Source: a virus | Lineage: Duplodnaviria > Caudoviricetes | DNA: 30,872 nucleotides | Strand: one strand, 5' to 3' | IMG/VR virus record: IMGVR_UViG_3300037463_000031 | Span: 1 to 30,872 of that record | In this document: piece by piece, positions 17,089-24,983 of the stretch | Layout of the letters: the number at the start of each line of letters is the position of its first letter | How positions within the stretch are numbered: the first letter of the stretch is position 1 | Notes under the pieces: generated by a model | Seen by the model: only the letters and a program-made list of their open reading frames with translations | What the model was told of the DNA's origin: nothing | The model's database searches: none | Program-made: the position numbers and the translations under genes

Positions 17089-17565
17089 TCAATCGAACAT
17101 CGCGTTGTAATCAACTTGACCGTTTGGCAGATAGCCAGGCTTTAACTCGCCGGTTTCAGCGTGGATATGGGCCGGAACTTGAATCGCTTCAACGGGGGCG
17201 GCCTGGGGATGATTCAGTGAGTAGCTTTTGTCAGCGTTCTGAATCAGTTCACCGTTGCGAACGCAGTTGTTGACTACGCGGACGCAATGCTTGCACCACA
17301 GCATCGGCGTTTTAATGGTGATGGCGTGAACATTATCCAGCTTTTTCACCATCGGGTTTTTGCGAAATTTGAAATCCTCGCAAGAGCAGCGCAGTTCGCC
17401 GGTCTGCAAATCAATCTCGGCGTGGTGTTTTATATCTTCACGAGTGAATGACTTGGTGACAAAACCGGCAATGTCGGCGGCGGTGAATTCGCGGCGCACG
17501 CAGCGGCGAATTGCATTAGGATTGTGGCGGCTGGATTTGGCGCCGGGGGTTTGGGATACTGCCAT
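17089..17565 (-). CDS. SWIM zinc-finger protein
   Basis: LRCSCEDF...WCKHC (CxC-xn-CxH); ATG 17565 with AAGGAA upstream; first gene after the leftward promoter. Confidence 0.8.
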   Translation of the reverse strand: MAVSQTPGAKSSRHNPNAIRRCVRREFTAADIAGFVTKSFTREDIKHHAEIDLQTGELRCSCEDFKFRKNPMVKKLDNVHAITIKTPMLWCKHCVRVVNNCVRNGELIQNADKSYSLNHPQAAPVEAIQVPAHIHAETGELKPGYLPNGQVDYNAMFD

Positions 17566-17658
17566 TTGAATCAATTCCTTTTCCGAGGTTTTTTGGTTCC
17601 TTAAAGCGCGCTTTCTTCTTGGCCGGAGTGGGCGCGCTTTCTGTTTGGACTGGTAATT

Positions 17659-17729
17659 ATTTTACAAGGTATTTTAACCGGCGTCAAGTAATTTTTTGGC
17701 CTTGTAAAGAAATTTTTTTCTGCTAAAAT
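17659..17729. promoter_or_regulatory. Back-to-back sigma70-type promoters with operator-like inverted repeat
   Basis: Leftward TTGACG(17687-17682)-17bp-TAAAAT(17664-17659). Rightward TTGTAA(17702-17707)-16bp-TAAAAT(17724-17729) with an extended TG. Inverted repeat TTTACAAGG (17661-17669) / CCTTGTAAA (17700-17708). Confidence 0.7.
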
Positions 17730-17736
17730 GGGCTCT

Positions 17737-17991
17737 ATGCTAAGCGAGAAGAAACGTCGTCCGGGGCGCCCGTCAGGAACCGGCGCGCCTCAATCCGATG
17801 CAGTGCGCCGCGTGCGCACTGCTCTTGAATTAACGCAGGAAGAGCTTGCAGCAGAATTGAAATGCTCGGTTTGGACTGTTGTTAAAATGGAAAATTTGAA
17901 ACGGCTACCAGGCAAGAAAGATATTCTTACGCGCCTGGAAACCTTGGCTGAAAAGGCCGGCGTTGACCTCAAATCTGGGGTCACAGCATGA
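17737..17991 (+). CDS. XRE-family helix-turn-helix regulator (Cro/CI-like)
   Basis: VRRVRTALELTQEELAAELKCSVWTVVKMENLKRLP. ATG 17737 is preferred because ATG 17728 lies inside the -10 box. Confidence 0.85.
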   Translation: MLSEKKRRPGRPSGTGAPQSDAVRRVRTALELTQEELAAELKCSVWTVVKMENLKRLPGKKDILTRLETLAEKAGVDLKSGVTA

Positions 17992-18416
17992 GCTACAAGC
18001 CCAGTGCTTTTGACAAAGGCTTATACGGTTGCGGCATGTTCGCCGCTGGCCTTCAATTACTTGGTGTGCTTGGTTGTGGTGGCATTCTTCTGTTATTTAT
18101 TATTGGCCCAATAGCTTGCCCACGCGATAAGAGCGGCGATGTGGCCGAAAAGCAACGCGAGACGGCTTACGCTTACGCCGAGGTCGCTATTCAGAATCAG
18201 TTAAAATCGCCGGCCTCGGCGCAATTTCCCTTACCGAGTGATCCTACGGTCTCTATGCGGCAAGCCGGGCCAGACGGCGAGATTATTTTAATCGAGTCAT
18301 ATGTTGATGCTCAAAATTCATTTGGCGCTCTGTTGCGCCAACGCTGGACTGCAAGGGTTGAGTGTCGGCCTGGCAGCGATAGAGCAACCGTTATTTCCGC
18401 TGAGTTAAAGGAGTAA
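17988..18416 (+). CDS. Membrane-anchored protein, common near prophage repressors
   Basis: N-terminal TM helix, then QLKSPASAQFP and SYVDAQNSFGALLR motifs; ATGA coupling. Confidence 0.75.
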   Translation: MSYKPSAFDKGLYGCGMFAAGLQLLGVLGCGGILLLFIIGPIACPRDKSGDVAEKQRETAYAYAEVAIQNQLKSPASAQFPLPSDPTVSMRQAGPDGEIILIESYVDAQNSFGALLRQRWTARVECRPGSDRATVISAELKE

Positions 18417-18421
18417 AGATC

Positions 18422-18718
18422 ATGCTAACAGAATCAGAAATCAACAAAGTAAAATGCGAGGCTTCCAGTCATGCAGCACTAACCACCGAAGTTGTTTTGA
18501 AATACCACGCCAGGCGCGTTCTGATCGGCGCCGGCGTGCTCTCCTTGCTGGCCGTCAGTGGCTTTGCCTATTCCAAGATGAAGCCAGGGCGCACACCTCC
18601 AGCTCGCGAACGCGCGACCGCTAAGTGCATGGATGGGACTTACTCTTATGCCTATAACCGGCAGGGTGCCTGCTCTGGCCACGGCGGCGTGAAAGTTTTC
18701 TACAAGGGCCGCCAATGA
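18422..18718 (+). CDS. DUF3761-domain membrane-anchored protein
   Basis: TM segment followed by [12 protein letters not shown]...GACSGHGGV, the DUF3761 signature. Confidence 0.8.
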   Translation: MLTESEINKVKCEASSHAALTTEVVLKYHARRVLIGAGVLSLLAVSGFAYSKMKPGRTPPARERATAKCMDGTYSYAYNRQGACSGHGGVKVFYKGRQ

Positions 18719-19356
18719 GCGAGCAGACGAGCGAGCCAGTAGTTATCTCAGTGCTCAATCAGAAAGGTGGGGTTGGCAAAACCACAACGGCGATCAACCT
18801 CGGCGCCGCGCTGGTCGAGCAGGGCAAGCGCGTTTTGCTGCTCGATGTTGATCCCCAGAAAAGTCTTTGCCTGCACGCGCGCGCCTGCGCCTCTTCTCTT
18901 ACTGTTGAAAAGGCCACGGCGCGTAATTTAGAACAACGGATTCAAGCCGCAGCGTGCGACTACGCCATCATTGACTGCGGCCCTTCTTTAACGAAAACCT
19001 CAGCGGCGGCGCTTCGCGCTTCGCAATTAGTAATAGCCCCAACGCCGGCACGATTTCTAGATCTGGCCGGCTTAGCGGAGTTGCTAAAGACCGTCAACCT
19101 GGCACGCCAGGGAGGCAACTTTAATTTACAGTTTCGGGGCTTGCTCACTTACCGTTCACGCGACAAAGACCAGGACAACTATGAAGCCCAACTGCGCGCC
19201 CACTTACGGGAAGAGGTTTTCAATTCTGTGATTCCACAAAGCAAATTATTCAGCAAAAGCGCGCAGGCCGGTGTCTCGGTTTTGGCCTACTCCAAACGAT
19301 GCGCCGGCGCAGAAGCCTACCGCAATCTGGCCGGGGAGGTGATGCAGCTTGCCTAA
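18715..19356 (+). CDS. parA: ParA/Soj-family partition ATPase
   Basis: Deviant Walker [38 protein letters not shown]. Confidence 0.95.
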   Translation: MSEQTSEPVVISVLNQKGGVGKTTTAINLGAALVEQGKRVLLLDVDPQKSLCLHARACASSLTVEKATARNLEQRIQAAACDYAIIDCGPSLTKTSAAALRASQLVIAPTPARFLDLAGLAELLKTVNLARQGGNFNLQFRGLLTYRSRDKDQDNYEAQLRAHLREEVFNSVIPQSKLFSKSAQAGVSVLAYSKRCAGAEAYRNLAGEVMQLA

Positions 19357-20521
19357 GCCTGACAAGGAGCTCGACAAGGGGCTTGACAAGAGACCTGGTA
19401 AGAATCCGGAGGAAGCGTTCAGTGAGCTTTTTCCCACTCAGCCTGGCCACACGCCTCTCAACGATGTTTATCAGTTGGTGGACAGGGATAAGATCGAGCC
19501 CTGGCCAGAGCAGCCACGCGACCACATTACGCCCGATCAGGTCAAGAAGAAACGCGACTCGATCAGTGAGGGGTTTCAGATTGGAGCCGGCTTGTCACGA
19601 ACCGGCATTGACATGGCGCTAATCGCGCGGCCTCATCCTGATAAAGAGAAGCGCGCCCAGGGCTTTATAATGCTGATCGAGGGCGAGCTGCGCTGGCGTG
19701 GCACTGAGCCTGATGGAAAGACACCTCTGCCAGCGCGCTTGCCTGTCAACGTGCGCGATGTCACGGAAGAAGAGGCTTGGGAAATCGCCGGCATCAGCGC
19801 GCTGTTACACGAAGGCTATACGCCGGTGCAGCAGATGCGCATCGTGCAGGGCTATATGCAGGGCCGCAACAAGCAGCGGCGTAAGGCCAGCACGCGCGAA
19901 GCTGCCGAGCGCTTTGGCAAATCCAAGTCCTGGGTTTCTGACTTAATGGTAATTGCCGACCCTGACAAAGATGCGCCCCAGGCGGCCAAAGAGTTGATTT
20001 ACGAATTACAACAAATGGTGTCCGCACGTGCGGACAGTTTGCGCCACGCGCGCGAACTCAAAAAAGTCGCTGACCCCGAAAAACGGCGTGATTTGATTCA
20101 GCAGGTAATCGACGGCTTATCACTCGAAGCCCTGTGCGAGATCATCGAGCCAAAACAAAAAGAGGAAGCGACTTCCGAAGTGTCCGCACGTGCGGACACT
20201 TCGAGTTCATCTTCCAGCGGCTCGACAAACGGTAGCGCTGCACCGTCACAGCAAGGTAGCGGCTTTGCGTCCGGTGGCTCCAGCGACTATCGAGGTGGCA
20301 CACAGGGCGGAACTTCCTCGCGTGGTGTGACGCTGGGCGCGCCAGCGCCGCAGGCTAAGAAGGATGTTGTGCGCGATGCGTTGCGACCTGGCGTTGCCTT
20401 TATTGCTGAAGCAGGGCGTCTTATAAACGAGCAGGGTATCGCTCACCGGCAACGCGGTGAAATTGAAATCGAGTTGGAATTACTTAAAAAGCACATCGCC
20501 GGCATCGAGGAGAGTTTATGA
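19349..20521 (+). CDS. parB: ParB-family partition protein
   Basis: [19 protein letters not shown] (variant of the GxxRxxA CTP motif), [20 protein letters not shown]; overlaps parA. Confidence 0.88.
   Translation: MPKPDKELDKGLDKRPGKNPEEAFSELFPTQPGHTPLNDVYQLVDRDKIEPWPEQPRDHITPDQVKKKRDSISEGFQIGAGLSRTGIDMALIARPHPDKEKRAQGFIMLIEGELRWRGTEPDGKTPLPARLPVNVRDVTEEEAWEIAGISALLHEGYTPVQQMRIVQGYMQGRNKQRRKASTREAAERFGKSKSWVSDLMVIADPDKDAPQAAKELIYELQQMVSARADSLRHARELKKVADPEKRRDLIQQVIDGLSLEALCEIIEPKQKEEATSEVSARADTSSSSSSGSTNGSAAPSQQGSGFASGGSSDYRGGTQGGTSSRGVTLGAPAPQAKKDVVRDALRPGVAFIAEAGRLINEQGIAHRQRGEIEIELELLKKHIAGIEESL
20019..20036. promoter_or_regulatory. Candidate parS site 1 (TGTCCGCACGTGCGGACA), inside parB
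   Basis: Perfect 18-bp palindrome with a CACGTG centre and TGT/ACA ends, like the chromosomal parS consensus TGTTTCACGTGAAACA. Confidence 0.7.
20176..20203. promoter_or_regulatory. Candidate parS site 2 (28-bp perfect palindrome around the same 18-mer), inside parB
   Basis: CGAAG-TGTCCGCACGTGCGGACA-CTTCG; the core lies 162 bp after copy 1. Confidence 0.7.
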
Positions 20522-20877
20522 GCCAGTTTCCTAACGATCTGGACGCCGTGATTTCATGTCCTCGCTGCGCTTCAATTTTGGAGCGTTTGCCGGATGATGC
20601 GTGGTTCTGCCAGAAGTGCGTCTATGGTTGGACAAAAGATGAACTGGCTCAGAATCCCAATGATTTGCCCCAAACGTCGGGAACTTTCACGATAAAAACG
20701 GGCATTAAATGCTTAAATCTGTCAGAATGGAAAAACAAAGCGGCTTTAAAGGCAGTTCTAAATGGTGTAAGTGAAGTCGCTAACAATCTATCGGGTTCAA
20801 AACCGTGTCAGCCCTGGAAAGCATGGACACGGTTTGAGGTAATGGGTCAATTGAAAGGAGCCCCAAAACCGTTATGA
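20518..20877 (+). CDS. Zn-ribbon hypothetical protein
   Basis: CPRC...CQKC; ATGA-coupled to both parB and the initiator gene. Confidence 0.7.
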   Translation: MSQFPNDLDAVISCPRCASILERLPDDAWFCQKCVYGWTKDELAQNPNDLPQTSGTFTIKTGIKCLNLSEWKNKAALKAVLNGVSEVANNLSGSKPCQPWKAWTRFEVMGQLKGAPKPL

Positions 20878-22961
20878 GTCAACCACAATCAGAAGCATCA
20901 AACAACAGAAAAAAGGGGAGTCCATTACTTATTGATGAGCCTCCCATTGTTGTTCTCAACGGCCTCAAGCAACTCTTCGGAGAAAACGAAGGCACGCTCA
21001 TCCAGCAACTCAATTACTGGACTTTTCAGCCCTTTGAAGATGTCACTCTCAACGTCAAGATGAGAGTCCTTCACGAAGACGACCTGTTCTGGGTTCGCGT
21101 CCCTCCGATCCTGCTAACGAATCGCTGGACGGGAAGAATGCGAACCAGTAGCGAAAGCACTCTCAAGCGCACCATTACAAATTGCAAAAGCCATGGAGTA
21201 GTGCGCTCTCGTGATGATCTCAGTAATGCCGACGAGCGCGGTGTTCGCTGGCTGGCACTTGTTCACAGCGTTTTAGATCCCCAACTTGGTATCTACTCGG
21301 AATTCTTCCACGAGGTTATCCACGAGCGCCTCACGCGAATGTCAAACAAGCGCCGCCTCGATATGAAATGGGAAGAGGAGCGCTACGAGGAAATGAATCG
21401 CCGTTTATCTGCTCTGCGAGCTGCGATGATTTGCCGTGGCCAAATTCCCATCCCAGAAGGGAAGCCTAAACATATCAAAGAAACCTATGAACTGCTTGGG
21501 GTTCAAAATGACCCCCATATAGTTCAAGTGGAAAACTACCGTTCAATATGGGCCAATATGACCCCCACAGTAGACCAATTTGAACCGTCTACCGGTTTAA
21601 ATGAACTCTGTGGGCTGGGCAATTTGACCGAACACACCTTATATAAAGAATTTCCTGAAGAATCTTCAAAGAATCATCAACATCAGGCACCACCTAAAAC
21701 CGACACTAAATCGAATACTGAAATCAGGGTTGATGTTGCTGCTGATAAACCGATTTTAAAACAGGAAGAAGCGGCTACCGCCGCTGCAGACAAAACGGCA
21801 ACGCCTAACGTTTGGCCTCATCCAGTGCCAGAGTCAGTGAGCGATGCTGAACTATTAAGCCTCTACGAAGAATTCCCCTCCGCAATTCATAAAGCCAGCT
21901 TGGCCCATTTAGGAGAAAAGCAACCACACCTCAAACCTGCCTTAAAATCGGGGCGGGGCGCGGCGTTAGTCAAACCCTTCCTCATTACCCTAATGCGGGC
22001 CAACTGGCCGCAAATGCTCCACGACTTGACGGCACGTCATGCTGCACTGAAGGTCGGCAATTCTGTCGAAGTGCTGGCTCCCCTCGTAGCCCTGGATTTC
22101 GAGCAGGCTGAACTGGCACTAAAATGGTGGCCTTACCTTTTGCGACAAAAGTGGGATAGCCCACCTAACTGGACCAAGATTCAAAAGTCGCTCATGCTGC
22201 ACCCCGAAAAGTGGAGCGAGCCGAACGAGTTGACCAACGAACGCCAAGCCAGTGAAGGCGCTTTGCTCAAACAGGCCGAGAATGAACGAGCTTCCCAATT
22301 AGCGGCTCAGCAACAAGCTCAGGAAAAAGCTCAGTCCGAAAAAGCGCAAGAGGTATGGCCACAACTTACGGACCAACAAAAGGCAACCGTTTTTAAAGTA
22401 ATGGAGCGAGATCGCCGGCGCGGTCAGCGCATTTCCGACATTGTTCAAAAATCCGGTGGCATTGAATGTATTAAACCAACGGAAACGCACTATCAAGAAT
22501 TTTTCATTTGTGCCGGTGCCGTCCTCGATATAGCTTTGCGAGAAGCCGCCGTAGCAGCATCTACAGAAAAAAATCGAGAACACGACCAACAACAAGCTGA
22601 AAAGCAAAACCATGAACGGTTGGCCAATCTGCAAGCTGCTCTTGGCGGTATTGTTAATCGTAAAACTATGCCTAACGGCGAAATCTCTCATAGTGAACAA
22701 CCCGTTGAACAGCCTGTAGAGCAGACCGAAGAAAATCCTCTTGCTTCACCAGTTCAAACAAGCGTTGAAACACCTGCCGAGCACAAGCGGGCCGTGGCAT
22801 CCATTGTGGGTTACGTGTTGTCTGGCACGTATGCAGAAGAGGATCTGGACGATCATGTCTTTGAACTTTGTGAAAAATTCAATCTTGACGAAAGTGGATG
22901 GCAGAGTGTAAGGGCTGAAGTTCTATCGCAATTGCAGCGCGGGAACAGGAAGGCGGCTTAA
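20874..22961 (+). CDS. Phage-type replication initiator (replisome organiser-like N-terminus)
   Basis: N-terminal LLIDEPPIVV...LFGENEGTLIQQLNYW resembles phage initiator winged-helix domains; internal iteron-like repeats; followed by a DnaB-N-like gene; AAGGAG RBS. Confidence 0.72.
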   Translation: MSQPQSEASNNRKKGSPLLIDEPPIVVLNGLKQLFGENEGTLIQQLNYWTFQPFEDVTLNVKMRVLHEDDLFWVRVPPILLTNRWTGRMRTSSESTLKRTITNCKSHGVVRSRDDLSNADERGVRWLALVHSVLDPQLGIYSEFFHEVIHERLTRMSNKRRLDMKWEEERYEEMNRRLSALRAAMICRGQIPIPEGKPKHIKETYELLGVQNDPHIVQVENYRSIWANMTPTVDQFEPSTGLNELCGLGNLTEHTLYKEFPEESSKNHQHQAPPKTDTKSNTEIRVDVAADKPILKQEEAATAAADKTATPNVWPHPVPESVSDAELLSLYEEFPSAIHKASLAHLGEKQPHLKPALKSGRGAALVKPFLITLMRANWPQMLHDLTARHAALKVGNSVEVLAPLVALDFEQAELALKWWPYLLRQKWDSPPNWTKIQKSLMLHPEKWSEPNELTNERQASEGALLKQAENERASQLAAQQQAQEKAQSEKAQEVWPQLTDQQKATVFKVMERDRRRGQRISDIVQKSGGIECIKPTETHYQEFFICAGAVLDIALREAAVAASTEKNREHDQQQAEKQNHERLANLQAALGGIVNRKTMPNGEISHSEQPVEQPVEQTEENPLASPVQTSVETPAEHKRAVASIVGYVLSGTYAEEDLDDHVFELCEKFNLDESGWQSVRAEVLSQLQRGNRKAA
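21498..21653. repeat. Iteron-like repeats plus AT-rich tract: candidate replication origin inside the initiator gene
   Basis: GTTCAAAATGACC (21501), GTTCAAGTGGAAA (21522), GTTCAATATG (21541), GGCCAATATGACC (21551), GACCAATTTGAAC (21573), GGTTTAAATGAAC (21594), GGGCAATTTGACC (21617); mostly 21-23 bp apart; followed by TTATATAAAGAATTT. Confidence 0.62.
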
Positions 22962-22962
22962 G

Positions 22963-23553
22963 ATGTCGCAAGAAACAACGCAGGAAACTGCACAGTTACC
23001 TCTTTTCGATGAGTCTGTTTCTAAAGTTGATCCTTCACCTTCAGACACAACAGCGCGCGCCTGGCAGCGTGAACAGCGCCTCCAGCGCAAGCGGCGTAAA
23101 TTGATCGCGCGTTCAGCCCTCCACATGGAAAAGTGGCTGATTTCCATTCTCCTGCAGGAGCCAACGCGCGGCCGGCAAATTTACAGGCTGCACCAAAAAG
23201 GTGAGCTGCTCTTGTTGGATTTTTATCGCCCGATCAACGCCGCGATTTTTCAGGCTGGCATGGCTGCCATTCAAGAACAGCGCGCGGTTACGATCTACGG
23301 CGTGAAAAAGCACCTTCGTGACAGTGGACTTACTTTCTTCAACAGCAACTATCTCGAAGCGATGGCCAGCGTTTTTATTCCACCTGATCTCACGGTGCAG
23401 CATTGCCTGGATGCGCTGCAGGCCCGCCGCGCTTTGCCAAGGCCCGAACACGCCGACTTTGAAGGAAGCCCTCAACCAAATTTTCAAACGCCTTTACAGC
23501 CCGATCTGCCAGGCACGAGCGAGAAGGTTTCTATTATCCGTGTGGCCGCTTAA
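22963..23553 (+). CDS. Protein consisting of a DnaB-helicase N-terminal-like domain only
   Basis: MEKWLISILLQEP...DFYRPINAAIFQA...AVTIYGVKKHL...NYLEAM follows the DnaB N-terminal pattern (E..VLG.LL..P, DFY...H..IF.A, YL..L); no RecA-like ATPase domain. Confidence 0.7.
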   Translation: MSQETTQETAQLPLFDESVSKVDPSPSDTTARAWQREQRLQRKRRKLIARSALHMEKWLISILLQEPTRGRQIYRLHQKGELLLLDFYRPINAAIFQAGMAAIQEQRAVTIYGVKKHLRDSGLTFFNSNYLEAMASVFIPPDLTVQHCLDALQARRALPRPEHADFEGSPQPNFQTPLQPDLPGTSEKVSIIRVAA

Positions 23554-23578
23554 CGGTTACTTAACTGAGGTGATCTGA

Positions 23579-23911
23579 ATGTCTGTTGCTACCAAGTCCT
23601 CACCAAAATCCTTTTTTCGTGAACCCAGTTTGAAGCGCGAAACCAGGCACGAACCTGAATCAGCGCGCAAAGAAGCGCCACTGCTTTCTGAATATCGTAT
23701 CACTGAGTTCAAAAGCAACTTAAGCGACACCAATAAAACCAAAGTGGCGCGTATTGTGGATGCTGAAATGAGCCGCGCCGGCTATTCGTCCTATCGACCC
23801 GGCAGCCGCACGCATTTGCAAATCGAGCAGCGCGTGATCTCGAACCTGGTTGCCCATGAAGTTGACTTGGACGAGATCAACTTTGAAGATGATTCCGAGA
23901 GTAAGAAGTGA
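23579..23911 (+). CDS. Hypothetical protein
   Basis: GAGGTG RBS, 110 aa, acidic tail. Confidence 0.72.
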   Translation: MSVATKSSPKSFFREPSLKRETRHEPESARKEAPLLSEYRITEFKSNLSDTNKTKVARIVDAEMSRAGYSSYRPGSRTHLQIEQRVISNLVAHEVDLDEINFEDDSESKK

Positions 23912-23929
23912 AAGGCGGCTTGATGAATC

Positions 23930-24304
23930 ATGGCAAGCATCGCCCCGTTTTTTCGAGAAGGCCAAGCGAAAAAACGGGGGCGCTTATCACACCACACAAC
24001 ACAGCCAGCGCCCCCGTTAGCGCCCCCGTTGGAATTGCTTGATGAAGATTTTGTTGCTGCATGGTGGGCTGATTTGTCGCCGCGTGAACGGCGCGCGGTG
24101 CAGGAGATCGTCAGCGAGCGCCTGTATCGCCTGGAAGTTGAATGGGTGAAGGGTGAAGGCAGACAGGAAGAGAAAGTGCTGGACAACGTGATGGCAGGCC
24201 GCGAGTGGTATCGAATGCGCCGACGTGTGGCCAGTGAGCTAATAGCCAAAGAAACCGATTTAGCCGAGATGATTTACCAAGCGGAGATGAGCAACTATGA
24301 ATAG
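23930..24304 (+). CDS. Hypothetical protein
   Basis: 124 aa, in operon, overlapping the next ORF. Confidence 0.68.
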   Translation: MASIAPFFREGQAKKRGRLSHHTTQPAPPLAPPLELLDEDFVAAWWADLSPRERRAVQEIVSERLYRLEVEWVKGEGRQEEKVLDNVMAGREWYRMRRRVASELIAKETDLAEMIYQAEMSNYE

Positions 24305-24443
24305 CATCATGAGCAAAGCAGGCAAAGTGCCCAAAGTTCCAAAGGTTCCTAAAGTGCCGAAGGTGCCCAAAGTCCCCAAAGTGCCGAAGGTTCCAAAGGT
24401 GCCTCAAGTCCCCACAGTGCCAAAGGCAGGTTCGCATGAGTAA
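24297..24443 (+). CDS. 48-aa Lys-Val-Pro repeat micro-protein (absent from the ORF track)
   Basis: MNSIMSKAG(KVP)9QVPTVPKAGSHE*. Within the nine KVP units variation is confined to third codon positions. It overlaps both neighbouring ORFs. Confidence 0.75.
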   Translation: MNSIMSKAGKVPKVPKVPKVPKVPKVPKVPKVPKVPQVPTVPKAGSHE

Positions 24444-24926
24444 TCCCTGGCCGAAAGTTATCAACATCGCGCCGCCTGGCCACAAGCCAAACGCTGTGGC
24501 CCTGGTGCGCCAGGCTCACGATTTAAAAGGCTTTGAACAGGTGCCGCCAGTCCGGCGTATTTATCAGATGCGCGTGATAAACATTTCTTCTGGCAGCACC
24601 AGGACGTTGTAAAAGTCTACGGGGCCATCCTAAAACCTGATGCGCTGGCAGTCTATTCATGCCTCTGCCTGTATGCCGATGCAAACGAAGGGGAATTACC
24701 TTCTTACGTCACTATCGCGCGCCAACTTGGAACTATCGAATCCAGTGTGCAGAGCAGCATCAGCAGATTGCGCGAATGGAATTTACTCGCGCTCAGGCCG
24801 CGACCAGAGCAGCAGGGAGAGAACCCTGATTTATTCGTTTTGTTACCGCTCAGCGATTGGAAGCCTCTCGTCAACACAAACCCTACCACGCCCGCTCCAT
24901 CCAAAAAAGACAAAAACCTGACGTGA
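24436..24926 (+). pseudogene. Frameshifted winged-HTH (HTH_36-like) gene
   Basis: ORF 24436-24612 (MSNPWPKV...VPPVRRI) gives way to a -1 frame (open 24537-24926, no start codon before the domain) encoding DARDKHFFW...YGAILKPDALAVYSCLCLYAD...LPSYVTIARQLG...VQSSISRLREWNLL. Confidence 0.65.
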
Positions 24927-24983
24927 ATCTCTGGTCATTAGAGCTTCCTATCTAGAAATTTCTCTCAGGAAAAACAAAAGCTC

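Noticed and set aside
24324-24423. 9-bp tandem repeat read as a CRISPR array, a VNTR, or the antisense ORF 24111-24485
   Set aside because: There are no spacers, and variation is synonymous in the + strand KVP frame, so the minus-strand ORF is a shadow.
24522-24536. Slippery heptamer T TTA AAA as a programmed -1 frameshift into the HTH domain
   Set aside because: A -1 shift here meets TGA at 24534-24536 two codons later, so it cannot reach the HTH domain.
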